Shown: positions 36,737-48,787 of the stretch, in pieces | Numbering within the stretch: the first letter of the stretch is position 1 | Layout of the letters: each line of letters opens with the position of its first letter | Assembly (NCBI GenBank): GCA_040285855.1 | Contig: JAUFOQ010000006.1 | Location: 1,054,001 to 1,118,000, forward strand | Reading direction: 5' to 3' | Length of the DNA stretch: 64,000 nt | DNA from: Eukaryota sp. GEM-RC1 | Lineage: Eukaryota | Made by a program: the position numbers and the translations under genes | Notes under the pieces: model-generated | Databases searched by the model: none | What the model saw: only the letters and a program-made list of their open reading frames with translations | Told to the model about the DNA's origin: nothing

Positions 36737-37431
36737 AAGATGAAACTTTGCGATCAATTTCGTGCGACATAAGAAAAGTAGAATTTTGTTAGATGAAAAA
36801 ACACGTGTTAACACGTAAAATTCCGTGTATTGTAGTGGGGTGTCCTTTTTCCGATAACATTCGTTCCATCTTTGGTTATGTTAACTCGATTGTAAGTAAG
36901 TTGTTTGGTGGAGGACAGAAAGGAACATAAATCAGATCCTTTAGTTGGTGTCTTTTAGTTGCTGTTGATATTGCAATTATTCTTCTACATTGATTGTCCC
37001 TTGTATTTTAGATGAAACAAATACACGATCAACTCAATTGTTGAATGGGTAAGAAAAAATTTACAATCAGTTTAGTTTCAAATCCATGTCCTTTCTTTGG
37101 TACAACACCAGGTTTTGAGTTATTCACCTCTGAAATTGAAAAAGCCACTTTGTGAAAACACAGTACACCTCAGAACTGGAATATCCACAAATCACGACTT
37201 TTCCGTATAATCAACTTGATTTGATACATCCCATTACTCTCTTTCAATCAATGGAGTCACAAACACATCTAATGTATGCCTTTTATTATTCAAATGATAA
37301 TAAATTATTTTGAACGATTGAAATCAGATAAAACCGAGTTAACCAAGCAAAATGATGAAAAATTTTGAAACACCACACCCAGTGAGATTTTTAAAAAATA
37401 CAACAATTAACAATTAAACGCAATTAGAGAA

Positions 37432-39285
37432 TCAATAGCTGTGAAAACTGACACGATTTCTAAGAGTTGATTGAATTTCACGTTTGACATCATCATCGAT
37501 TTGATTACTTTCCAAATCCAAACTCGTGATTGTAAAGTTTCTCATCAACGCATCAGCCAAAGCAACCGCCCCATCATTTTTGATTGAGTTCGAGTGCAAT
37601 GAGATACATCGAATACTACAATTAACCTCCAAAGCTTGTACAATAGCCATAGCTCCTTCATTTCCAAACATGTTATTACCCAAGTCAATTATCCTCAAAG
37701 CACTATTCCCCATCAATCCTTTCCCTACTTCCATTACCCCCTTATCCCTTAGAAAGTTAAAGGCACGGGACAAAGAGTGGAGGGTAGAGTTGTCCTTTAG
37801 AGCTTGACCAATGGCAGCTCCACCAGAAGTTCCAATCTTGTTCCGATTGAGTATAAGAGTCCGGAATGACGTGTTGAGCTTAATGACGTCAGCAAACACA
37901 CGTGCACCATCATCACCAATTTCATTATGAACTAGATCAATTTTCCTAATTGAAGAGTTTACAATCAAAGCTTCAGCTAGACATACACCGCCAAAACTAG
38001 TAATAGAATTACTAGAAAGATCCAGCTCCACCATAGATGAATTGACTTTTAAAGCTTTTACAATGGCTTCAACTCCGCTTCCAATGATACAATTTTTTAA
38101 ATAAAGATGAGTCATTGAAGAGTTGCTCATTAGAGCTTCCCCCAGACATTCTCCCCCCAATTGTCCAATAGAATTATAGCTAAGATTCAGGTGGTGGAGG
38201 TTTGACAATGATTGGTAAAAGCTAGGACAAGGTTCATTACTAATACAATTGTTCTGTAAAATCAACGATTTTAGCGATGTGTTGGCTTTCAAAGCATCGG
38301 CCAGAAAAGGTAAACCTAGATTACCAATATGATTGTTACATAAATCAATCGTGATTAGAGATGAGCTGTACTTTAGAGCTTCACTTAAGAACTGAAATCC
38401 TGAAGTAGTAAGTAAAACGTTTTTCAAATAAAGCTCTTTCAAAGTGGAATTCAACATTAGAAAAGCAGATAACAACTCAACACCTTCATCTTCCACAGGA
38501 TTAAAACTCAAAGATAGTTTGGTCAATGTAGAATTGAACTGAAGAGACTCACAAAGAGCAGAAGCCCCTGGAGGACCAATGGAATGATTATTACTGAGGT
38601 CAAGTTCAAGAAGAGTGGAATTGGTCTTAAGTAGTTGAGCGAATGCAATTGCACCTTCGTTTTGAATAGAGTTTTGACTCAGATTGAGAACTTTAATAGA
38701 AGAATTGAAGTGAAGTGCTTGTGATATGGCTGTTGCTCCTGCTGACCTTATACAGTTTCGATGTAAGTCTAACTCAGTGATAGTTGAATTGGATTTTTAA
38801 GAATTTGCGAGAAGTAACAGGTCTCCATCTTCAATGCCATCTACTCTTAGTAAGCGTAGATTGGGACAGTAGAGAGATGGGGAAGAATGTAAGAAGTCAA
38901 AGCATTCCGGAAACTGTATTTGAAGGGAAACAATGTTGTGAAGAGAGAAGAAGTTAGTTGACCAGTCTATAAGGTTCAAGTCGTTTTCTTCACAGACAAA
39001 ATGGACAAGGTTGAATTTTGAACTAAAGAACTGGACTAAGTTGTTGCATTGATCGAATAGAGATGGTGTGATTTGGACAGTCCGATTGGAAATGAAAGCG
39101 CTAACAGCTGAAGTGGTACATTTAAAGAATCGATGACTAATGAATCCAAAAATGTTAAAGAACTGCGAAATCACAGAGTGAACAAGAGAGATATCAACAA
39201 CATGGTCAGTTGAAACATCATTAAAGAGTCTATTCAATCCCTGTAGAAGCACTTTGGAAAGTAACGAATCCTGAATTTGTTCCAT
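37432..39285 (-). CDS. RI-type (NLRC3-like) LRR protein with F-box-like N-terminus (in-frame TAA at 38797-38799)
   Basis: Long run of 28-aa LRRs. ORFs 38797-39333 and 37432-38526 share a frame, with LRR sequence between them. Confidence 0.85.
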
Positions 39286-39817
39286 TGACAAACAAACAAA
39301 CAACAGGATTCTGTTCAGTTTTAGGAAATCCATTTTTCCTTGTCATCAGCTGGACAAAGGATTAGCAAGAACCGGGTGCATGATTCATATGCTTTTGACT
39401 TTTGCAAGAAAAATAACTAAACGACACTAACTAAAATAAGATCATTTTCTTCTTCATCAAACGACCTAATTAGAATATCATGGGGCGAAACAGTGCACCC
39501 TAACCATGAACATATATTACAAATAGAAGTAAAAACCCCTTGTGCAGCTAGTCATTTACATATACTTTGTGCTCAAAAATATCACGTGAATCAAATTCGG
39601 AGCTGGCGTTCCTTAAAAAATACATTTACTGAAAACAGCAGAATTATCGATTAAACCCAACCCATTTACTCATTGTGACATATCTGTAGTTTTCACTTTT
39701 AAACATAGGTTAAAGTCTCTTACTCTGTCAGAGTAAACTTGTGATCTCCAACTCAAAAAGAAAGAACACGAATCAAATGATGATAATTTATTTTTATACA
39801 TTGAAACAATGTCTTCG

Positions 39818-41196
39818 TTAATGGTTTTTCGGAAGAACAATATAACTCTTATGTGAAGGGTCTCGAAACAAAGCCTCCAAAAACTTTGGATCGCGCATTG
39901 CTGCTCTTAAATTAGTTAATCTTGGTACCATTGGCTTGGCTACTGGATCACGCTTGATTGACTTCTTAGGCACAAAGGCAGCAACATTTTTGCCAGACTG
40001 AAACTTATTTCCACTAATCGTTGGTGATACTTCACAATTTTTTTAATTGTGATGATCTGGCAACAGACATTTTACGATCTCCAGAAATTGAATTGGATCT
40101 GGATCTTGGTTTTGCCATGTTTGAAAGCGGAACACCATCAACAACTTCATACTTGAACTGTGTATGAAATTGCTTTAGCTCAGCAATCTCACGCTTCCGT
40201 CTTTCCATATCATTCTTAGCTTTTTGCGCCTTAAACAGGTCAAAATTCTGCTTGACTTCAGGAGAAAGTGACGGTGATGCAACCTGACATTGTAACGCAG
40301 TCAATTGAACCGATGTCAACTGAGTAGTAGACCTCCTTCTTCCCATCACTTCTCTTATCTGAACGTATTCCTTCTGTGTAAAGGAAGGACGACGCTGAGC
40401 AGCGATAGAACCACTTCTATTAGCCCTATTCGCTTCCTCAACAATAGTGGGATGGTCAAAGGGAAGAGGAGAAGTGGGAGCAGACTGGATGCCGGGAATC
40501 TGGTGGTTTCTTTCAAGAACTTTTGGTCCGTTGAGTTTTGGAGAGTGGGAGCGTAGAAGAGTGGCCTTGGCAACTTCCTGGTCAGATGATATAGGACGGG
40601 CAGCGGAGAACCTCACTTCCTCGTCGAACTCATTGTCAGCGGAAAAGGTAACAGGTCGCTTGGATTTAGTGATCTCTCGTTCAATTTGTTCCGCTTCCTT
40701 CTTGAATTCATGGTACTTGGGATGAGATGTGTCCACTTTGGTGGTGTAGTTGTGTTCATGGTAGGTGCTGGGATGTTTAGATGACTTGAATTGGTCCCAA
40801 TTTTGAGCATTGGCATTGAAGACTTTAGAAGAATCGAGAGAAGGATCCACAGGTTCGTCAGACCACTTTTGCAGGTTGCGTCTGGTATTGGAAGAATATT
40901 GCGATATTTGCTTATCAGTACCAAACGACTTAAGCGAGATAGGTGAGTCTGAAACGATGGAATGTATGCTTTCAAAGGGAATCTGTACCACTTTGGCGGA
41001 TTCAGAAGAGTAACTAAGAACAACCCTGCGGGATGGACTAAGAGGGTATGCTTCAACCAGGATGCCTGAATAAGAATTGTCTGAAGTCTTAATGGTGACT
41101 TTGTGTCCCTGATATAAGAAGGCATGAACAACAAACCATTAGTGTTGCTAGCACATGTTTCAGGTACTGTCGAGGTTTGGGGTCATGATGGTTCAT
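39818..41196 (-). CDS. Ataxin-2/Pbp1-like (Lsm, LsmAD, PAM2-like); intron 41109-41136; frameshift near 40045
   Basis: MNHHDPKPRQYLKHVLATLM|GHKVTIKT..YSGIL, WDQF...STY.E..YTTK.D...AEQIEREI, DEEVRFSA. NVAAFVP follows a slip in an A-run. Confidence 0.85.
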
Positions 41197-41258
41197 GGTC
41201 AAGAATTTGGCGCCTATGTGAGATTGAGCGAATTTTGTTTCCAACTTCTCAACCCATT

Positions 41259-43482
41259 ATGAAGCTTGATGACTTAACCAAGTACGCTCAGGCTATCAAC
41301 ACTCCCCGCTTCACAGCAACCCCTTCTTTTTCTCGTCGATCGAAACGTCGTCAACTGTCTGAACTTTCTCAAAGACTCAATACTGATGATCTCTCTCGTG
41401 ACAACAGCGCTGAACTCTCATCAATCCGCAGTGCAGAGGAACTCTCTATTGATCACAGTCGCGCACTCTCAATTAAACGGTTTGCTCTCATACTTCAATT
41501 CTTACACCAGCGGAGATTTGGCCATCATTCAAGGAGAAGTATTCAGGTGCACTCCCCGCGCCCCCCATCTCTCTCATATTCCACTCGTCCTCCGACGTCT
41601 TGACTGTGTGGATAGACGTACCTACGACATGAAAGTCTACGAAGCCGACACCCTCGCTCGTTTCTCAGGACACGCCAACATTGCATCTCTATACTCCTAC
41701 TGGACAGAGCAATCCCAATCTCCCTACGTCTTCAAGTCTCTCGTGATGCTCATGGAAGAAGGAATCATGGGTGACTTAGACTCCGCCGTCGTCAAGAACC
41801 CCGTTCGTCCCTCTAACGACTATGCTCTGAAACTCCTCTGCGATTTGTGCAAGGGTCTCATCGCCCTCCACAACTGTAACATTATCCATGGTAAGATCAA
41901 GCCCTCCCATCTCTACATGTCCTCTCGTGGTGCAATGCTCGGAGATTTTGGTAAGGGTGATTTAGATTGTGCTAGAGCCACTCATCAGCTGTTCTCCAAG
42001 GTTTTGATTGGTGACGCTATTCCCAAGGTCCTGGTTTACTGGGCTCCTGAACTGTTAAAGCTAGAGAAGTACACCAAGGCTGTTGATCTGTGGGCTCTTG
42101 GTATCACTCTGTATCAAGTAGTTACAGGTGTTCATCCTTTTAACACTGATGACGAAGCATCTTTTAGAGATGACGTTCTGACTGCCAATGTTGATTATTC
42201 GAAATTAGAAGGTTTCCCACGTGTTCGAACAATCATTGAAAGTATCGTCCGTGTCGATGCTAACGAACGTTGGACAGCCCATGAAGTTCTGCACTTTGCT
42301 CAATACGACTTTGCAGTAACCATCCAACGTGTATTCCGGGGATATTTAGTTCGCCGTGAGTTCAATCGTATTAAGTCTGCTGCTGTTAAGATCCAAGCTG
42401 CCATTAGAGGTTGGTTAGGTTACACTAAGTTCTGGAAGGAACGTGCAAGACTTCGTGAAGATGCTGTTTTGAAGATTCAAAAGGTGTTTAGAGGATCTCG
42501 TGTTCGTAAGGTCTATAATGACGTAGTAGAGTCCATTAAAAAGGTTCAGGCTAATGTGTTGGCTAGACAAACACGTCGTGCTTTCTTATCCTATCGTGAG
42601 AAGGTTGTTTTGTTGCAAAAGAATGTACGTAGAATGTTGGCCAGAAGATGGTTACAACGAGTCTTGGCTAAAAGAGATCAATTGACCGCTAGAATGACCA
42701 ATATTGACCAAATGATTGGTTCTACTCTCTTTGAAAGTGAAGAGTTAGCTAAGATGTTTGAAGGAGCCCGTCTCCCTCGTTGCCTTGACCATTTGAGATC
42801 ATTTGAATCATTTGAGCTTCACATGTCTTCTCAGAACACTGGTGCTGCTCTACCTACCCTTTGTGTTGCTTCCCAGAAGATTAAGAAGTACGAGCAAGAG
42901 ATTGATGAGCTCAGGACTCGAATGAAGGAGTATGAAGAGCAAGAGAGAATTAAGAAGGTTGAGGATGAGCGATTGAAGAAGGAATTGGATTTAAAATATT
43001 CCGAATATGAACCCATGGTTGAAGAGTTGAAGCATAATCTTATCCGTGTTTCTAAAATGTGCAAGACCGCTAAGTTTTTGCCCATGTCAATTCAACACCA
43101 ATACGTGTATTCTAAATGGGATAAAGTCCATGAACCCTGGAATATTGTGGATAACGTTCTAGAAGATGATGAGTCTGTATACCGTACTCTTTCCCCCGTT
43201 CTAGACTTTACTCTTGCTAATGGAAGTCTCTGCTTTGTTTCAGAGGTGATGTTCTTTGGTGGAGACTGTGGGCCTTCTAGAATTGAGGTGTTTGTTGCTC
43301 AGAACTTCGATGATTGGGATTTCGTTGCTGAGTTTGAGTGTAGTAGAGATTCTTGTCAAGTTATTCGCTTGCCTGGGGAACAAGTGTGTAGACATTTGAG
43401 AATTGTATGCCCCAATAATATTCGTGGAGGAAATATTGTGTCTGTAAGATATGTAAAGGTTAAGGGTTTACCAAGAGAATAG
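41259..43482 (+). CDS. Pseudokinase-IQ-coiled-coil protein with C-terminal beta-sandwich (frameshift near 41490)
   Basis: Kinase fold HGKIKP/GDFG/WAPE/DLWALG, several IQxxxRG motifs, coiled coil, galactose-binding/F5-8-like tail. Confidence 0.85.
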
Positions 43483-43849
43483 TTGTATTATAGTCATTGG
43501 GGTTCTGTTTTTAATAAATAATTTAATGTAATTCACGAAAATGTTGAGTCATATAAACTCTCAGATAAAATCACACTAATGACAATTCACTTTCGTAAAC
43601 TCGCTACAATGTACACATTGATACCAATGGTTCATTTAAATTTGGGCTACATTTTCTTTTGATTCTTTCACAAATCAAAAATTCATGTCGCTTTTAAGCA
43701 CAATTTTAACAGGTCCTCTCATAAAATAATTTGAGATAAATTGAACAAACAGTGCCACAAATAAGCGTGAAATATATATAAATTTAAGAATATTTTTTTA
43801 TGGCAAATATAATGAAATAAATAGTCTCAAACTCAATACAATGTATCAT

Positions 43850-44220
43850 CAAAACAAGATTCCTTAGAATCGAACCGTGTTGAAGCATTGTCTTAACAAT
43901 ACACACGACGGATAATAAAGCTCTCGAAATCATTGTGGGAACTGCTTTTAGAATTGTTAAGACAATTCTGTAGTGCCAAAAAGAGCGGTCAAAGTTTTTG
44001 TTAGTTGTACGAGCGTCAACCTTTGCAAAATCATCTAAGTACTTCTTCATGGCTAATTTACCCAAACCACCTTACATAGAAATCGCAAATGGAGTATGTG
44101 AATATCCAACATGAACAATGTATTTCAGATCTTCTAGCGGATCAGCATACTTTCTTTACTTGTTATTTTCTGCACCCTCTAGAGGTGATACTTCTTTTGT
44201 AACCAATTTGTCACAAAATT
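43850..44220 (-). mobile_element. Degenerate 3' fragment of RLE retroelement
   Basis: AENNKVKKY...PFAISM*GGLGK...FWHYRIVLTILK. Confidence 0.7.
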
Positions 44221-44925
44221 AATATATATAAATAGAACATACACAAAACACAGTATATTTATACATGCTGTAGTTCAAGTCTTGGTCATTGAAATCCAAT
44301 CCATTGGACAGTTTTTGGCTCATCTAAACGTATTGAAGAAACGTGTGTCTGAAACATTTTACTTCTTATGGTGTTGCTGGTCAAAACATCTAACAACCTC
44401 TTTGGATCTATGTGTAAGTCTCAAAATAAGAGATATAACCTATCAATTTGGAAAAAGCGCTTATAATTTTCTCTGTTCCGATTGACGTTCAAAGTTATTA
44501 AATGATTTATCACTTAGTTAACAGTATTACCTCAGTAATGGGCTAAACAATCTGGGCTTTATTAATCGAGAATTCTGTACGAGTAATATATGAGGTTAAC
44601 AACTGTGAGGGAGATGATGTCTTCTAAATGCATAGTTAAAGGGAATAGAGATTCTAACGATTCTATTTGTAAATAAAGTACAACTAAGAAATGCTAAGAC
44701 AGCATGTAATTGCAAACTGAATTGAAATACAGTAAATATATTTAGGGCACTGTTCTAGAAACAACACAATTTCAGCACTGACAGAACGACACTACTGGTA
44801 TCTCTAAAATGAGGGTTAAATGTGTCTAGTATCTACATCAATACCTCGAATTCAGGTCATTTATGATTTTGAAGAATTAAATCGAAACTCATTTTCCATA
44901 GTTTGTACGAAGGTTACCTTATTGG

Positions 44926-45355
44926 GTGCCGAATAAACATGTTTCATTTTCCAAATTTGTGTTTCAACCTTTTGCTGTTTCACTCTTTGGATCGATTAGT
45001 CCTGCAGGTTACCAATTTTGCAAGGATTTTGAAGAATTTTGTAAAGAAAAGAAGCGTAAGTTTAGAATGGCTGAATGGAAAAATCGTATATTGTTTTCCA
45101 TATATCGGAATATGCTTTTCTATTTCTCTAGATTAATTGAGAAATTGTACAAGTTTGGTGTGAAGGTTAATGTTGATAAACGTAATCTTTTACCGGGTGG
45201 TGATGAAGTCGTTTGGATTTAATCTTAGTATTATTTGTTTGTTTTTACAATTTCATAGTTTTGTAGGAAGGTTACCTTATTGGGTTAAAGTACACTTGTT
45301 TGTTTTTACAAATTCATATTTTGTAGGAAAATTTCCTTTTGGACGCCGAATAAAG
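44926..45355 (+). mobile_element. 3' fragment of RLE retroelement with repeated tail
   Basis: FQPFAVSLFGSISPAG...EWKNRILFSIYR; near-identical to the minus-strand segment at 51570-51760. Confidence 0.8.
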
Positions 45356-45385
45356 TTTCAGATCACTATGATTCATAAGTAAAAC

Positions 45386-45522
45386 CAGTGATGTAAAAAC
45401 AGTAGCTCAAATACGGTACCTTTTCTAGTTTTCCCTAAATGATTTACCTAATATTACAGTTGCCGTATTTAACGATAGTCTACGGCAAATAGTGTACGGT
45501 TCGCTATTTTTGAACATCACTT
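45386..45522. mobile_element. 137-bp hAT-type MITE
   Basis: Ends CAGTGATGT / ACATCACTT, 8-bp TSD AGTAAAAC (45378-45385, 45523-45530). Confidence 0.8.
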
Positions 45523-45631
45523 AGTAAAACCTGTGTCTGCTTTTGATCACTAATTTAAACGAAGAAATCTTAAAAGAATGGGCCAAAATCAATAAACGTT
45601 ATATCAAGAAATAGAATAAACTAAATAAAGA

Positions 45632-46528
45632 CTAAATAATAATTGGATGTACAGCTCCATCATCAATATTACCACCAGCTTCTAAACACGTGGCACACCA
45701 GAAGGAAGGATCACGTGGAGCTAGTGGATGAGACTCAGCTATAAACACCGCTCCATTTGATTGACATACATCACAAAGAAAGGCATCAGAAGAGGAGTAA
45801 ACGGCAGTAATCCTGGGTTGGTAAAAGCGGTCGTCCTCCCATTGAGAAGTCGTGCGAAGTCCTCTGATGACGATGCGGTGGTGAAGCTGAGCAGACTCAT
45901 TTCCAACTACAAGGGAGACTTCTTGACCTGTACTGGGCTGTAGATTAGCAACAAACGCCTGAGAGAGGTCGGAAGGTCTGTTTGGCCAGGGAATAAAAGA
46001 CTCTAGAACGGAGTTGTGTTGACGGAAGACAAGAGAGTTTGTGTAGAGAAGAGTTTCAGAAGAAGGACAAGGTATCATTGAGCATCCACATCGGAGCAAG
46101 GGAATGAGTTCAATGAGAGGTGTGTTGATTGGACAAACAAGGTCCATGATGGGAGAGTCAGAGGTACGAAAGAGAGTACAAGGGTAGAAGGAGAGGCAAA
46201 CTAGAAGCTTTCGGTGGGGAGGCAGTTCAAGCGGGGGAACAACATATGGACAGAAGGTATTAGTCTGCAGTGGTAAGGGTGTATCATCTAAAAGTACAGA
46301 GCTAGAAAGTTGTTGAATTAGTTCACCAACAATCTGATCGTCATGATCATGAAGGTCCGGAATACGAGATAATGTCTTTGATATTGTAGATTGTACGTTT
46401 TCAAAAGGAGTTGCAGGACGAGCAGTTTCCACGTAGAATGATGTGGGATAGTGTTGTCCTGGACAAAAGAACTGGTCGTTAAGTAAATCAGAAAGATGAG
46501 TCAGACAGTCTTGGTCTTGTTCACACAT
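45632..46528 (-). CDS. snRNA-activating protein complex subunit 3-like (SNAP50)
   Basis: C-terminal CDVC...A......HPLAPRDPSFWCATC zinc finger typical of SNAPC3. Confidence 0.65.
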   Translation of the reverse strand: MCEQDQDCLTHLSDLLNDQFFCPGQHYPTSFYVETARPATPFENVQSTISKTLSRIPDLHDHDDQIVGELIQQLSSSVLLDDTPLPLQTNTFCPYVVPPLELPPHRKLLVCLSFYPCTLFRTSDSPIMDLVCPINTPLIELIPLLRCGCSMIPCPSSETLLYTNSLVFRQHNSVLESFIPWPNRPSDLSQAFVANLQPSTGQEVSLVVGNESAQLHHRIVIRGLRTTSQWEDDRFYQPRITAVYSSSDAFLCDVCQSNGAVFIAESHPLAPRDPSFWCATCLEAGGNIDDGAVHPIII

Positions 46529-47486
46529 TGTTTAAAAAGAGGAATCTAGGGATTGCAACAACCAAAGCAGTTATGATGTCCTCAGTTGAAGGAAACGGGT
46601 TGGTCCTTTTCGAATCCCAAAAGAAGAAATTTCCTCCAAATCATTGACGTCTGAGTAACTATAAATGAAGACATCTAGAATGACATTTCAACTTTCAAGT
46701 AGTAGTACATAGAGTTAAGTTCCAGATATTTTTTACGTTTACATTTAACATTTCAGCCAACACCACGTTCAGATTTCTTTTTGTGTTAATGTAGTACTCC
46801 AACGCAAAAAATCCAATACAGAATACAAAACAATACATCTGTTGTACATTCCAGTTAATATGAATACAAACTATACTAGTATCATTGAATAAACCATCCA
46901 TTATCTGTCAGCTCTTTGAAAGTAACTAATTATTCTTCCATTAATATTTCTCTCTCCAAGAACTTTTTGGAACTACGCATTCTCTAAAAGTTTCAGATGT
47001 ATATGTTATGTATGGTTTCAAATCAAACAATTAACAGATTCGTTTCACAAGTTGACATCTATTTTTACCACATTGTTTTTGAAGATTAATACAAGTAGGA
47101 TCTTGTGTATGATCTAGCCATTTTGATCCTGAGAAGGAGTGTGACATGTGTTAACACAAATTGTAAAATTTGATTTAGGAATCATATACTGTATATAATT
47201 CCTATCACCCTCTCAATCATCAATCAACTGGTAGCGAAATCAATCGACATCACCCATGGGTGTAATTTTGATCAAATGTCACTTAAGAAGGATTCTTGAT
47301 GTTTCCAAAATCAAATTTTGTACTTGGTCCACTCACCAGGCCCCAACCTGCTGTACCAGGGTGGATGTGGGAAATAATCCAGACCGGGAAGTTTCCAATA
47401 CCAACATTCTCCAAAATGAAATTGGTGTAAGCGAATTCCTTTTCTTTTCAACACGGTATGATATTCTTGACTTTCTCATTCAAGGA

Positions 47487-48207
47487 ATGCGTCTTCCCAC
47501 CCCCGAATCAGTCCGTAAACACCAAAGAGCTGTCTTACTTCACACTGAAGAAAGAACCGCTGAAATCTTAAAAGAACGTGAACACCGTAAGGCTCAACGT
47601 GTCGAGATCGAAAAACGCGGTACTCAGTATGCTGAAGAGTATGAACAGCAACAAAAGTCAGCCATCGAAGCTCGCAAATCTGCCGACGCCCAAGGTAACT
47701 TCTTTGTTTCCTGCGGAGGCTAAAGTTGCTTTTGTCATCAGAATCCGTGGTATCAACAAAATCGATCCCCGTTCCAGAAAGATTCTATCTTTGTTGAGAC
47801 TTAGACAGATCTTCAACGGTGTTTTCGTTAGAATTAACAAAGCCACCATCAACATGCTCCGTTTGGTTGAACCCTATATTGCTTATGGTTTCCCTTCTCT
47901 CAAGACAGTCCGTCAGCTAGTTTATAAGCGTGGATTCGCTAAAATCAACAACCAGCGCATTCCTATTCATGACAACGCCCTGATTGAGAAACATCTTGGT
48001 AAGAACAACGTCATCTGTGTTGAAGACATGATCAATCAGCTATTCAATGCTGGTGAGTCTTTCACTGAAGTAAACCGATTCCTCTGGCCTTTCAAGCTCA
48101 ACTCTCCTCGTGGTGGTCTTGATAACAAACGTCGTCATTTCATTGAAGGTGGTCAAAACGGTAACAGACAGGAATTCATCAACCAACTGGTTGGACGAAT
48201 GATCTAA
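47487..48207 (+). CDS. RPL7: 60S ribosomal protein L7 (uL30); extra T near 47708
   Basis: PESVRK...[21 protein letters not shown]...[12 protein letters not shown]...NRFLWPFKL...HFIEGG. Confidence 0.96.
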
Positions 48208-48787
48208 GTAGTTGTGCTAGTATATTTTTCAGATGGTATTTGTTCTATACAAGATTGGCTTTCAACAGATCCTAGTTTTATCAATAAATTTGGACTGCAT
48301 TTGTTCAGTGATTCGTTATTTCTTTATCCCACAAACTTTGACAAACTTCTATCAAAGTTTTTGTTCCTCTTCATCAAATTGATTAATTTTACAGTTTCTG
48401 ATGTAGTTACCACTACTCACTGGTTGTGTTTTCTTGATTTGTGAACAGTTTCTCCCTAAATACAGACATATTTTTGGGTTAGAAAAATCTAAATTTCTGG
48501 TTTGTCAGGTAAAAACAAGCCTAAAATACTGATAGGCAAATTAAGTTAATCTCATTTGTTGCACCGAAGAAAATGTGTACTACCTTACTGGTTTGAAGTT
48601 TTTACTTTAGAGCTTATATATAGAAGTTTTCTAAGTACTAAAACAGTCTAAATACAATGAGAGTATCAATACTGCCCACTGCATACAATTGTTACTTTTG
48701 AGTCTTGCATCATTGCATTGAAGCGATCTTTGCTAATTTTCTTTGGCTTAGAAAAGAAAATTCCTCTTCTCTCTTCTAATTCCTAAT

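Noticed and set aside
38797..38799. In-frame TAA as evidence of stop-codon reassignment
   Set aside because: The LRR consensus expects Leu (TTA) at this T/A-run boundary, and TAA, TAG and TGA all end conserved genes in this window.
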